DNA from: a virus
Lineage: Duplodnaviria; Caudoviricetes
Strand: one strand, 5' to 3'
DNA length: 33,260 bases
Virus record (IMG/VR): IMGVR_UViG_3300023256_000001
Location: 1 to 33,260 of that record
A program made the position numbers and the translations under genes. The notes beneath the pieces are model-generated. The model ran no database searches, was not told the origin of the DNA, and worked only from the letters and a program-made list of their open reading frames with translations. Of the stretch, positions 7,244 through 16,196 are shown piece after piece; position 1 is the stretch's first letter; the number at the start of each line of letters is the position of its first letter.

Positions 7244-8230
7244 TTATCCATTGATGGGAACTTCATCTAGTATCCTTTCATCTTCAGGGACTTTGTTTGC
7301 TTCCATCTCAGCTTTTCTCTTGATAAACCGAGCAAGTCCATCTGGAATGTTGTAATTATATCTGATAGCATTGACTTCAAAAATGATATTATCTTCTGTA
7401 CTTCTCTTGGAGAGGAATTGTTTATTTTCTTTATTCTTAACCAAATCTTCCACAATTTCCTGTTGAGTCATTCTATTAGCATCTATCTCTTTATCATCTT
7501 CATTCTGACCAGCTCTTTCTCTCATTTGCTCAACTATCTTGTCTTTGAAAATCTTAGAATGCTCCTCATATACAGCTTCCATTTCTTTAGGTGGTCTAGC
7601 AATATTAATCTTTTTTAGAATTAATTTAACTCCATGAGCATCTTCATTTCTCATATTGAATCTACTGTAAACATAATAGACCTTTCCAGTTCTCTTATTA
7701 TACTTGACATCAAATGGTCTAGCGATAGCACAATCATTTCCCATCCTGTTCATTTCATAAAATCCATGAAACAATTTTCTAGCTTGAGAATCAATATAAG
7801 AAACATCCTGAGTTACAAAATAAACAATGGGTCTATACCTACCAAACACCTGTAAAACATATGAGATGGATTTGTTTGCGGTGTTGTACCATTCACGAGC
7901 TGGCATGCCAACTCCAGCTTCATCCCAAACAATAGCTCCACCTATGATATTCTTTTTTTTAATATCCTGTAGAGCTGTCATAAAATCATTTGGAAAATAC
8001 ACAACTCTCTTCCTGATATTCTCCTCAAAGGTCTTATCTAATACATGACTCATTGTAAGAGCTGTCAGGGATTTTCCCACTCTATGCTTCCCTGTGACCA
8101 TTCCTAGATAGTTGAATTTGAATGTATGTATTCTTTTAAAGATATGTCTAAAATAAAGACTTGCCAATGTCTTACCATCAACATCTCCAAAATAGTCTAA
8201 ATTATCGTTTAAAGATAATCTGTCCATCAT
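7244..8230 (-). CDS. P-loop ATPase, probably virion morphogenesis/genome extrusion (Zot/pI-like)
   Basis: Walker A GKHRVGKS, Walker B IVWDEAG, downstream FVTQ..YIDSQAR motif typical of Zot/pI-like ATPases. Confidence 0.85.
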   Translation of the reverse strand: MMDRLSLNDNLDYFGDVDGKTLASLYFRHIFKRIHTFKFNYLGMVTGKHRVGKSLTALTMSHVLDKTFEENIRKRVVYFPNDFMTALQDIKKKNIIGGAIVWDEAGVGMPAREWYNTANKSISYVLQVFGRYRPIVYFVTQDVSYIDSQARKLFHGFYEMNRMGNDCAIARPFDVKYNKRTGKVYYVYSRFNMRNEDAHGVKLILKKINIARPPKEMEAVYEEHSKIFKDKIVEQMRERAGQNEDDKEIDANRMTQQEIVEDLVKNKENKQFLSKRSTEDNIIFEVNAIRYNYNIPDGLARFIKRKAEMEANKVPEDERILDEVPING

Positions 8231-8666
8231 CTACTCTTTTACCTCCTATTGATACTGCTCCCCTAACTGTATGGATTAGGTCTAGGTCAGATGCATCAAG
8301 CTCCCCCTCTGCTTCCAGCTCTACAATAGGACTATTCATCAGTATTCTCATATTGTGTTCATCAACCTCTAAAGCATACTTGTACTTTGCATTTAGCTCC
8401 AGTACCTCTTTCTCTCTGCTTGTCTTGTCCCCCTCTTTGATTTCTTTAACCTCTGTAGCTAATTGTTTGTACCAGCTCCGTATCTCTTCTTTAGCTGTTT
8501 TAGGTGTGTATCTTTCTAAAAGAATTGCTAGAGACTTTGTTTTAACACAGAAGGCATACTTGTCCTTAGTCTCTTGTGACATAGCATTGTGGTTGATGTT
8601 ATCGAACATAAGACCCACTGACCTTTGCTTTATTGTCTCAGTAGGTGACATAAAAGGTGTTGTCAC
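8202..8666 (-). CDS. Hypothetical protein (helical), coupled to the ATPase
   Basis: ORF track; strong GAGGTGGTGAGG SD upstream; may start at in-frame ATT 8690. Confidence 0.7.
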   Translation of the reverse strand: MTTPFMSPTETIKQRSVGLMFDNINHNAMSQETKDKYAFCVKTKSLAILLERYTPKTAKEEIRSWYKQLATEVKEIKEGDKTSREKEVLELNAKYKYALEVDEHNMRILMNSPIVELEAEGELDASDLDLIHTVRGAVSIGGKRVDDGQIIFKR

Positions 8667-8910
8667 TACTTCTTTTTTTTCTACTTGAATAACCTCACCA
8701 CCTCAATAATAAGTCTCTGAGTATGAGAGAGACTTAGACAGTGATATGAATATATTGTTTAACTACTTTTTTATCTCATTAAGTAATATACTATAGTCTC
8801 CTGTTTCTCTCCTGTTGGTAGTTTCTAATGAGGGGTCAAGAATTGGAAAACAATTATATGTGCTAGACTTTATTCAGGTAAATTGTAAAACTCTCTGGAG
8901 AAAAAAGCAT

Positions 8911-9492
8911 ATGCCTAACTATACGGATAGTAATGTGACTCACATCATTGATGCTGATGAATTTAAAGCACTCTACAACCACTGTAAGAATGTCAGAGAC
9001 CAGACATGGGTAAGCATCCTATGGTTAACAGGTGCTAGACCTCAAGAATTAATTGAAATGATAAAGACAGACATCACAATATTACCAGACAAGATTAAGT
9101 TTCATATTAAAACTAAGAAGCTGAAAAAGACTGGTGGATTTTTTGTAGAAAAAAGAACACTTGTTTTGAGGACAGAAGTATTAGAGAGATATGTCAAAAC
9201 TATTGAGAGACACCTGAGCAGATTGAAAGATGATAGTCTGATATTTCAATTCTCAATCAGGACAGGATTCAATGTCATCAAGAGACTTGGATGGTCAGTC
9301 TTAGGTATAGGCATATGTCCCTACAACTTCAGACATAGCAGAATGACTCTTCTAGCTGAGAAGGGAGCATCTATTGATAACTTAATGAAGTTCAAAGGAG
9401 CTAGGTCTAGGAGAAGTGTAAGACCATATCTTCATGCAAGAAAAGTTGAATATGAAGTAGAGGTTGATGTGGGAGATGAACTAGATGAATAA
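8911..9492 (+). CDS. Tyrosine recombinase/integrase (catalytic domain only)
   Basis: LTGARPQEL (catalytic R), KTKK, YNFRHSR (HxxR box with Y), C-terminal RPYLH tyrosine. Likely start ATG 8911 with GGAG upstream (track starts 8815). Confidence 0.88.
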   Translation: MPNYTDSNVTHIIDADEFKALYNHCKNVRDQTWVSILWLTGARPQELIEMIKTDITILPDKIKFHIKTKKLKKTGGFFVEKRTLVLRTEVLERYVKTIERHLSRLKDDSLIFQFSIRTGFNVIKRLGWSVLGIGICPYNFRHSRMTLLAEKGASIDNLMKFKGARSRRSVRPYLHARKVEYEVEVDVGDELDE

Positions 9493-9916
9493 ACATCTTG
9501 AGAGATATAAAAAATGGAATGACAAAATAGAAGTCAGACTCAGGAAACCATTACCTTATGATTTCATGGTTGTCTTTAAACTGATGGTTGTTATTTATAT
9601 CATATCAACCCTGTTTGATTTGTCATTGACCTATGTTCATTTTCATCTTTCACCTGACCATTTTTTCAAGTATGAGTTTTCATATATTATTGAAAGAACT
9701 TTTGCTGGAGATAAGTTTTATTTTCTTTTGTCTATTCTCTTCTTTTTATTACCAATCTGGATTGTCTATTCTGCTCCAATGAAATACAAAAAGAAACATG
9801 GTTATTATCTCTATGTTTCCAGATACTATCTTATGGTTCTTTATGTCGGAAGTTTAATGCATATCTATGGTGGATTTACTAATTTTGTATATCTAATCAG
9901 TATAAGATTTATTTAG
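9485..9916 (+). CDS. Membrane protein (about 3 TM)
   Basis: Hydrophobic segments; overlaps the recombinase stop. Confidence 0.7.
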   Translation: MNKHLERYKKWNDKIEVRLRKPLPYDFMVVFKLMVVIYIISTLFDLSLTYVHFHLSPDHFFKYEFSYIIERTFAGDKFYFLLSILFFLLPIWIVYSAPMKYKKKHGYYLYVSRYYLMVLYVGSLMHIYGGFTNFVYLISIRFI

Positions 9917-9926
9917 AGGTCAGCAC

Positions 9927-11018
9927 ATGAAAGACAGAGAGAAGAAAATAATAGTGTTCATAGTATGCATTCTCAGTATCTACCTGATTAAGACAGCTCT
10001 CACTCCTCACTATCTTGAAGTTGTTGAGGACAGACACCTCTATGACTTTGACCATTACCAAGAGATAAGTAAATGGTTCTTAGGCATAGATGGACAAGAG
10101 ACATCAAGACAGTACCAGTACCCACCTCTATATCCTATCTTAGTTGCTCCTACAGTATCATTAGGTATTGAGACACCAGAATGTTTTACTTATTTGCTCT
10201 TCCTTGACAATATTTTTATTACTCTTACCTTCATACCATTGTTTCTATTGCTAGATAAATGGTTGTCCTTTCACAACAGTATAGGTCTCAGCTTCTTTCT
10301 CTGCATGTTCAATCTTGGTTTTACTCCTAAGAACATAGGATTTCCAATAGCTCTCTCCACATTATTATTTACTACTTTTATTTATTTCTTTTATAATGTT
10401 GACAGTAGATTAAGACACAGCTCAATATTCTATGGTCTGCTTATATTCACCAAATATGTTTTCTTTTTCCTTTCACCAATGATACTTGTATGGATATACC
10501 TTAGACACAAACATTCAAAATTGATAACAACAGTCTTTTTCTTTACCTTAGCATCCTTATTGTTTTCTCTATGGAGTCTCAGGAACATCTTACTTCATGG
10601 TCTGAGCATTGAGGGAGCAATAGGTGGATATAGTGACAGCTTTAATGCTAATGCACCTTTGAATGTCCCTACAGCTATGATTCCTGATAAAATCTTTTCA
10701 ATCTTTACAGATGGTATCTCAACTGCAATAGTAAATTGTTTTATCATATTCATATTTGGATTTCTTGTTATTGTCTATTTCTATCATATGAAAAGAGATA
10801 TATTTATGAAAATATTTAATGTAAAAAAAGTATACCATTTTTATATTGTCTTGATGTTGAATTTCTTGATATTCTTTTTTGTACTTGGAATGACCTACAG
10901 AAATACAATCTTTCACTGGAGATACTTGACCTATCTGCTACCTGTATACATCTCATTAGGCATTATGCCATTCCTGAGAATAATAGCATACAGACAATCC
11001 AGATATAAAAAGACATAG
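9927..11018 (+). CDS. Multi-pass GT-C fold glycosyltransferase (PMT/ArnT-like)
   Basis: About 9-10 TM helices, acidic first loop (YDFDHY), YPPLYP motif, TKY and C-terminal WRYL..LLP motifs typical of GT-C. Confidence 0.75.
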   Translation: MKDREKKIIVFIVCILSIYLIKTALTPHYLEVVEDRHLYDFDHYQEISKWFLGIDGQETSRQYQYPPLYPILVAPTVSLGIETPECFTYLLFLDNIFITLTFIPLFLLLDKWLSFHNSIGLSFFLCMFNLGFTPKNIGFPIALSTLLFTTFIYFFYNVDSRLRHSSIFYGLLIFTKYVFFFLSPMILVWIYLRHKHSKLITTVFFFTLASLLFSLWSLRNILLHGLSIEGAIGGYSDSFNANAPLNVPTAMIPDKIFSIFTDGISTAIVNCFIIFIFGFLVIVYFYHMKRDIFMKIFNVKKVYHFYIVLMLNFLIFFFVLGMTYRNTIFHWRYLTYLLPVYISLGIMPFLRIIAYRQSRYKKT

Positions 11019-11421
11019 CAATAACTGGAACTAGAGGGTATTCAATCTTCAAGAACTCTTTTTTAGTTACTTTGAACTTATGAAACAGATAGATAGTCCA
11101 GAGTACCCACATGACAAGAAAGATGCCTAGAAAGAGAGAGAAAGCATCTGAGGAGTCAATGAACAAAGCTAGTCCAACAAAGATAAGGAAGTCTCCCACA
11201 CCAAAACTGAAGAGAGTTGGAATAGCAAAAATGAAAGCAGTTATGATAACAACTCCTATGGTGTCTATGATGTTGTTACCAGAATATATCATGTATAAGA
11301 AACCACAGAGAGAAATTGAAAAAGGAGTTGCCAGCTCTACCCAATGTGTCTTGTAATCATGCTTGCTAGCTCTGAAGAGTACAGCACATGCAATTAACAA
11401 GAATAAATACTCTATCATCAA
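10963..11421 (-). CDS. A24-family prepilin peptidase (PibD/FlaK-like aspartic intramembrane protease)
   Basis: First Asp motif ASKHDYKTHWV after TM1, GxGD motif FGVGDF, C-terminal YPLVPVI, about 5-6 TM. Confidence 0.82.
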   Translation of the reverse strand: MMIEYLFLLIACAVLFRASKHDYKTHWVELATPFSISLCGFLYMIYSGNNIIDTIGVVIITAFIFAIPTLFSFGVGDFLIFVGLALFIDSSDAFSLFLGIFLVMWVLWTIYLFHKFKVTKKEFLKIEYPLVPVIAMSFYIWIVCMLLFSGMA

Positions 11422-11437
11422 GCACCTTATCTTTTAT

Positions 11438-11764
11438 TCATACTTCAGGTTTTTTATTTTCTATGACTAATTCAAAATCACATCCAATAGATGTCATATA
11501 GTATTCCAATTTAGATGGTGTCTCCCTACGGAGAGTCGTAAACAGCATACCTTTTGAGTCTATGAAAAACAATAATAGATACCTACCTTTTTTCAAAGGA
11601 TACCTTAGCATTTCCCTGTTCTCAAAATAGGTTGTATCATACTCTAAAAACTCATTTGAGAAATCTTCTAAATTCTTTGATTCACACTCTATTAGTTTAA
11701 CAGGATGTTCTAAATCAATACCAAAATGTTTGTCGTATACATGACTGAATTTTATTTTTCTCAC
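11438..11764 (-). CDS. Hypothetical protein
   Basis: ORF track; GTG start with AGGAG SD. Confidence 0.7.
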   Translation of the reverse strand: MRKIKFSHVYDKHFGIDLEHPVKLIECESKNLEDFSNEFLEYDTTYFENREMLRYPLKKGRYLLLFFIDSKGMLFTTLRRETPSKLEYYMTSIGCDFELVIENKKPEV

Positions 11765-11776
11765 TGTAAATCTCCT

Positions 11777-11974
11777 TTACCAATTATTTATTCTAAACAA
11801 CCATTTTGATTTATCTAAAATAAAAATATCGTAATCACATCCACCGATGTCTACACCATTTGGTAAGAAACTACTTTCCATTTTTAAAACATTTAAATAA
11901 TTTTCATATCGTCTTTTACATCTGAAAAGAAGTATATCTTTTATTGCAGATTTCAACCAATATCTTAAATTCAT
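11777..11974 (-). CDS. Hypothetical protein
   Basis: ORF track; fits operon packing. Confidence 0.55.
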   Translation of the reverse strand: MNLRYWLKSAIKDILLFRCKRRYENYLNVLKMESSFLPNGVDIGGCDYDIFILDKSKWLFRINNW

Positions 11975-12128
11975 TCTATCAAACCCTGTTTGTATCCTTT
12001 ACAACAGCATCAATGATAAACCGATTGCAACTCCAAATCCAGCAATCCAAGAAATAATTACCAATGATACTGTTTCCATATCACTAAAATTTTTTACTTC
12101 ATCCATCTTTTTTAACCTCCATTTTCTT

Positions 12129-12794
12129 TTACTTTAAAATATTATAATATATCCCCCTATTTCTTTTCTCTTTGATAACATGATACCTTACTGCACTATT
12201 AAACTGTAAATGCTGATACTTCGACCAAGTTTTAACAGGTGTTACCCAGTTTTTTCCATATACATACTCAAGATACTCACCCGTACAAGAAGGAACAGGA
12301 AAACCATTAACATAATTTAGGTTTTCAAACCAACTCAACGGATAAACCTCATGTTTTACACGCAACAAAGTAAACAATATATACAACCAGTTTTTATGTC
12401 CAAACCACCGCTGAAATAAATCATTATTAAACAACTGTAAAAATACTGCTTTGTCTTTATCCTTTAAAAAAAACGAGATACCAGCATGATATGGTACAAC
12501 ACCATCACTATTTTTCCGATTAGTATAATACAAAGCATCTTTCTTATCGCAGATAAATATACGACCATGCTGAACCCTTTGGATAAAACTATAACCTACC
12601 TTCTCAAAATCTTCTTTACAACTTAACACAGCATCATAAGAATCAAAGAAAGTTCCTATATCTATATCTCCATCCCAAGGGAGAATACGTTTCTCACGAT
12701 GTAAACCAAGAGCTATACCATACAATAAAAAATAATGTATATTATTATTAGTAAATATTTTATCAACATCTTCTAGTAGTTTTTGTTTCAACAT
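12129..12794 (-). CDS. LicD-family nucleotidyltransferase-fold phosphotransferase
   Basis: YFLLYGIALGLHREKRILPWDGDIDIG and C-terminal YLEYVYGKNWVTP are LicD hallmarks. Confidence 0.88.
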   Translation of the reverse strand: MLKQKLLEDVDKIFTNNNIHYFLLYGIALGLHREKRILPWDGDIDIGTFFDSYDAVLSCKEDFEKVGYSFIQRVQHGRIFICDKKDALYYTNRKNSDGVVPYHAGISFFLKDKDKAVFLQLFNNDLFQRWFGHKNWLYILFTLLRVKHEVYPLSWFENLNYVNGFPVPSCTGEYLEYVYGKNWVTPVKTWSKYQHLQFNSAVRYHVIKEKRNRGIYYNILK

Positions 12795-12802
12795 GTTCTC
12801 CT

Positions 12803-13015
12803 TTAAGATTGAGCATTAAAATTAACATAATCAAAACCAAGATGCCCACCATCAACCTCAAAACATTTAGATTGCTCCTTCTTCAAAATAGTATCACCAT
12901 CTGTATCAACATCCTCCTTGATTGTTATTATATCAAAGTCTAACTGTGGAATATTCCTTCTTACATGGTCTGCCTGTCTACGACTTCTTACTTCTGCAAC
13001 AATATAATATTTCAT
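12803..13015 (-). CDS. Hypothetical protein
   Basis: ORF track; ATGA overlap with upstream gene. Confidence 0.6.
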   Translation of the reverse strand: MKYYIVAEVRSRRQADHVRRNIPQLDFDIITIKEDVDTDGDTILKKEQSKCFEVDGGHLGFDYVNFNAQS

Positions 13016-13398
13016 ATCATTTTTCCTCCTTTAAAACTTTCATCATCTTCAAACATCTCATTAACTTTATTATAATTTATGATTTTACCCCTAAATTTTG
13101 CATTTATTTTGTCTTTAATATAATCGTACAATAACCAAAAAACAATACCTACTATAAACAGCAAATTTGACAAATAATCAATTATTTTACTATTCCGTAT
13201 CATTTTTTTCTCCTTTTCAAATAACTTATTAATCTTACAACGCAAACACAACCCATTCATATCCATCCATATTGCCTTATTGCTGCATTTAATACATATG
13301 CCTTCTTTCTTTAAAATAAAACCACATCTGGGACAAAATTTGAAATCAGAATACATTGCTGTACCATATTTTATATTACAATATATACACTTTGGCAT
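13012..13398 (-). CDS. Double Zn-finger membrane protein
   Basis: Four CxxC motifs followed by one TM helix. Confidence 0.7.
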   Translation of the reverse strand: MPKCIYCNIKYGTAMYSDFKFCPRCGFILKKEGICIKCSNKAIWMDMNGLCLRCKINKLFEKEKKMIRNSKIIDYLSNLLFIVGIVFWLLYDYIKDKINAKFRGKIINYNKVNEMFEDDESFKGGKMI

Positions 13399-13765
13399 TT
13401 ATATTCACTTTTCCTTTAAATATTCCAAAATGATTTCTTTTTTGGTGATATTAAATAGTATGCTTTCAATTCTATATCATAATAAATTATATCACCTTTT
13501 GTTCTATTTTTTAATGCTTCTTTTTTTGTTGTATACCAGTCCCTACCATATTTTTTAAATTCCATTCTTGATTCCACATAAGTTTTCTTTTAAAGTTTAA
13601 TTCCACACTCAGGACATTTAACAATATCTGGATGCATATCTCTGAGTGTTTTATGTTCAATTTTTGAATCTATAATAATATCCATTATTCTAAATTTACA
13701 ATATTTTTCCATTAGATTTTCCTTTAAAAGCAATTTCCCATGCTTCTCTAAAATGTGTTCTTACT

Positions 13766-15037
13766 TTATCGCCAATACCAAGATGCACCGTCATATGTCC
13801 CCATAAGATTAGTGGTTTCATTCAACAACAAAGAACCTTTGACCTCATATGCTGTAAGACTTGCACCTGTTGTAACAGTAGGTAGAACAAAAGTAGATGC
13901 AGATGCATTAAGAGTGCCAGTAAAACAATGTTCACCCGTTCCAAACAATGTATCTCCGCCCGTAGAATAAACCGCGTAGTTTTCTGAAATATTAGCACAT
14001 GTTAATATGTCCCCTGAATCTGCATAACCATCTATAAAAATCCCATATGTTTTATGTGATTCAACGGAACCGCCCATAAAACCTAATAAGGCCCATCCAT
14101 CTCTTTCTAAATAGATACCATAATTTTCTCTTATTGTCCCTGTATCTGTTGATGGATATGTAACACCACCTCCCATGTCAATAGATAACCCTCTTTCTTT
14201 ATATGTCCCACCTGTGTCGCCAGCTCCATAACTAATCCCAACATCTATACCATATTTTGTATGTGTTCCACTTGTACCAGCTACAGGTTGGGAAATTCTA
14301 TAATATGCATCTTTACAGGTATTGCCAGTTGCATAACTATCTGCAACAGAGCCATATTGTGCATATGTTGCACCGCTATTTTTAGCGTACATAGAAAAAA
14401 GCATCCCAACACCCGATGCTGTACCTATATTATTGGCACTTAAACGGAATAATGGTTTTGCCAGTATCATATCAGTATTTCCTTTATCTATATTAAAATA
14501 AGCATTTGTATTCAATATTTTGTTAGCATCTGACCATAACCAATTGCCCGAACCTATGCCTATGCTTATATTTGAACAATTTATGTTTGTAAAATTAACA
14601 TTGGATGTTCGATTTAGGTCTTGGTCAAAGATATTCCCTCCAGCTCCACCAGTATGATTTACAAATAATTTATCATCATCAATATAAATATCACTACTTG
14701 TATAATTAGAGAGATTAGCATTTAATAAATACCCATCAATAATAGTATTCCCAGTAATGTATGCAGTACCATTCACATACAATTTATGAGCTGTAGTGCC
14801 ATTTTTACCAATGCTGACATTCCAGCTCTCATTATTTGGAGTCAAAGTGTCATCATCCAGTAATTGCCAATGACCAATTTGAGATACCTCAGCTTGAGCA
14901 GTAAAAGATGTTAAAATCAAAATAACACTTGTTACCAATGCAAACTGCTTCCATGTCAACAACAAAGGTGCTGATACAACCCCAAAACCTAACAATCTTC
15001 TTTTCTGCTTATTATCCTTTTTATCTTTCATAATCAT
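13766..15037 (-). CDS. Secreted/anchored fibre-like protein, candidate receptor-binding protein
   Basis: Basic N-terminus plus hydrophobic segment; Gly/Asn/Thr-rich beta character, many N-x-S/T sequons, fibre-like motifs (KLYVNGTAYITG, DQDLNRTSNVNF, MGTYDGASW). Confidence 0.65.
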   Translation of the reverse strand: MIMKDKKDNKQKRRLLGFGVVSAPLLLTWKQFALVTSVILILTSFTAQAEVSQIGHWQLLDDDTLTPNNESWNVSIGKNGTTAHKLYVNGTAYITGNTIIDGYLLNANLSNYTSSDIYIDDDKLFVNHTGGAGGNIFDQDLNRTSNVNFTNINCSNISIGIGSGNWLWSDANKILNTNAYFNIDKGNTDMILAKPLFRLSANNIGTASGVGMLFSMYAKNSGATYAQYGSVADSYATGNTCKDAYYRISQPVAGTSGTHTKYGIDVGISYGAGDTGGTYKERGLSIDMGGGVTYPSTDTGTIRENYGIYLERDGWALLGFMGGSVESHKTYGIFIDGYADSGDILTCANISENYAVYSTGGDTLFGTGEHCFTGTLNASASTFVLPTVTTGASLTAYEVKGSLLLNETTNLMGTYDGASWYWR

Positions 15038-15168
15038 ACCTCCAAAACTCAGATTAATGTATTGTCTTTTTGTTATTAATCCTTTTCCGTTCTTTCAGAG
15101 GGACATAAACAACATGTAGACCTAGTTCAACTGCTAGCATATCTATCCTGTCCAATATATTTTTAGAT

Positions 15169-15369
15169 TTAAATAACACCATCATACCACAACATCCAAA
15201 AAGGAATACAACAAAGACAAAACATATAGATTCCCATGACTATGTAATACAGTCTGGTCAATAATATCTTTTCTCTCTCACTTTCAAAAACAATCTCTGC
15301 TGTGCTAAGAAGGATAAAAAACAACAAAGGTATGATAGCAACCCATAGGATGTTGACTGAATCATTCAT
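15169..15369 (-). CDS. Small 2-TM membrane protein
   Basis: Two hydrophobic helices. Confidence 0.65.
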   Translation of the reverse strand: MNDSVNILWVAIIPLLFFILLSTAEIVFESEREKILLTRLYYIVMGIYMFCLCCIPFWMLWYDGVI

Positions 15370-15443
15370 GGTTTACCCCTTATATTTACAAATTGGACAT
15401 ATATATCTTTTCTACATGTTATTTTTATTTGACTCATTTTTAT

Positions 15444-15659
15444 CTACCTCTTTACTTCATTGATTAATTCATACCATTTGCCATTCATCATATTCTGCAA
15501 ATACATCTCAGTGGATGACAACCATTTCTCATGTTTACCCACAAATATTTTAAATTTATCGCCATTCAGATAGACATGAGCAATAGTATGAATCTTTACC
15601 CTGTCAGGCATATCAGATTTCTTTTTTATTCTCTTCAGCTTTAACATTTGCCAATACAT
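15444..15659 (-). CDS. Hypothetical protein
   Basis: Track ORF 15444..15731; likely start MYWQML just after the stop of the upstream gene. Confidence 0.55.
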   Translation of the reverse strand: MYWQMLKLKRIKKKSDMPDRVKIHTIAHVYLNGDKFKIFVGKHEKWLSSTEMYLQNMMNGKWYELINEVKR

Positions 15660-15660
15660 T

Positions 15661-15882
15661 TCAAAACCTAGTCTTGTATAATTTAGGATGTGACTTCCTA
15701 TCTTTCCACTGTTCAATAACACCAGAATCATACATCTTTCCTAGACAGCTACCAGTCAAATAATTACTGTAACCTTTAATCTTGACTTTCTTAGCACTAA
15801 AGAAAAAATTGTGTCCCTTCATCTCATATTCAGCTTTTAGATACTGAAGGATTATCTTGCTTGCTTGCTTTCTTGTCACCAT
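15661..15882 (-). CDS. Small winged-helix-like DNA-binding protein
   Basis: Pattern ILQYLK...FFSAKKV...TGSCLGKMYDSGVIEQW resembles small archaeal wHTH proteins. Confidence 0.55.
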   Translation of the reverse strand: MVTRKQASKIILQYLKAEYEMKGHNFFFSAKKVKIKGYSNYLTGSCLGKMYDSGVIEQWKDRKSHPKLYKTRF

Positions 15883-16036
15883 ATTTTCCCTCTTTTTTTG
15901 CTTCGATACCTAACCAGAGCAACTCAATCAATAGACCAGCTTTAGTAGATGCCCTCCCCATCTCCATCAGTCTATCCAACTCAGCATCTAAAGGGATAGT
16001 AGGTCTAAAAATAATTCTTGCTGGTTTACCATACAT
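15830..16036 (-). CDS. Ribbon-helix-helix (CopG-like) transcription regulator
   Basis: RIIFRP strand, LDAELDRLMEMG helix, STKAGLLIELL helix; start near MYGKP (track starts 16090). Confidence 0.65.
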   Translation of the reverse strand: MYGKPARIIFRPTIPLDAELDRLMEMGRASTKAGLLIELLWLGIEAKKEGKYGDKKASKQDNPSVSKS

Positions 16037-16196
16037 ATCTAACATTGTATCAAAATGATATAAAAATGTATATATAAATAGTTTATCCAAAAAGTTTACA
16101 ACAAAACTAATATATCATTAGAAACATAATAGTATACACTAAGAGAGGAATAGGGTAAACCTTCTCCAAAGACTGTTTTTTACCCTATTCTGCTTC

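Noticed and set aside
7244-8230. Terminase large subunit
   Set aside because: No nuclease domain and no portal or HK97 capsid genes; motifs fit Zot/pI-like ATPases.
11549-11572. Gapped match of unit E (opposite polarity) to FFIDSKG in ORF 11438-11764
   Set aside because: 13/14 nt over a short T-rich stretch that includes the conserved unit end, and the rest mismatches.
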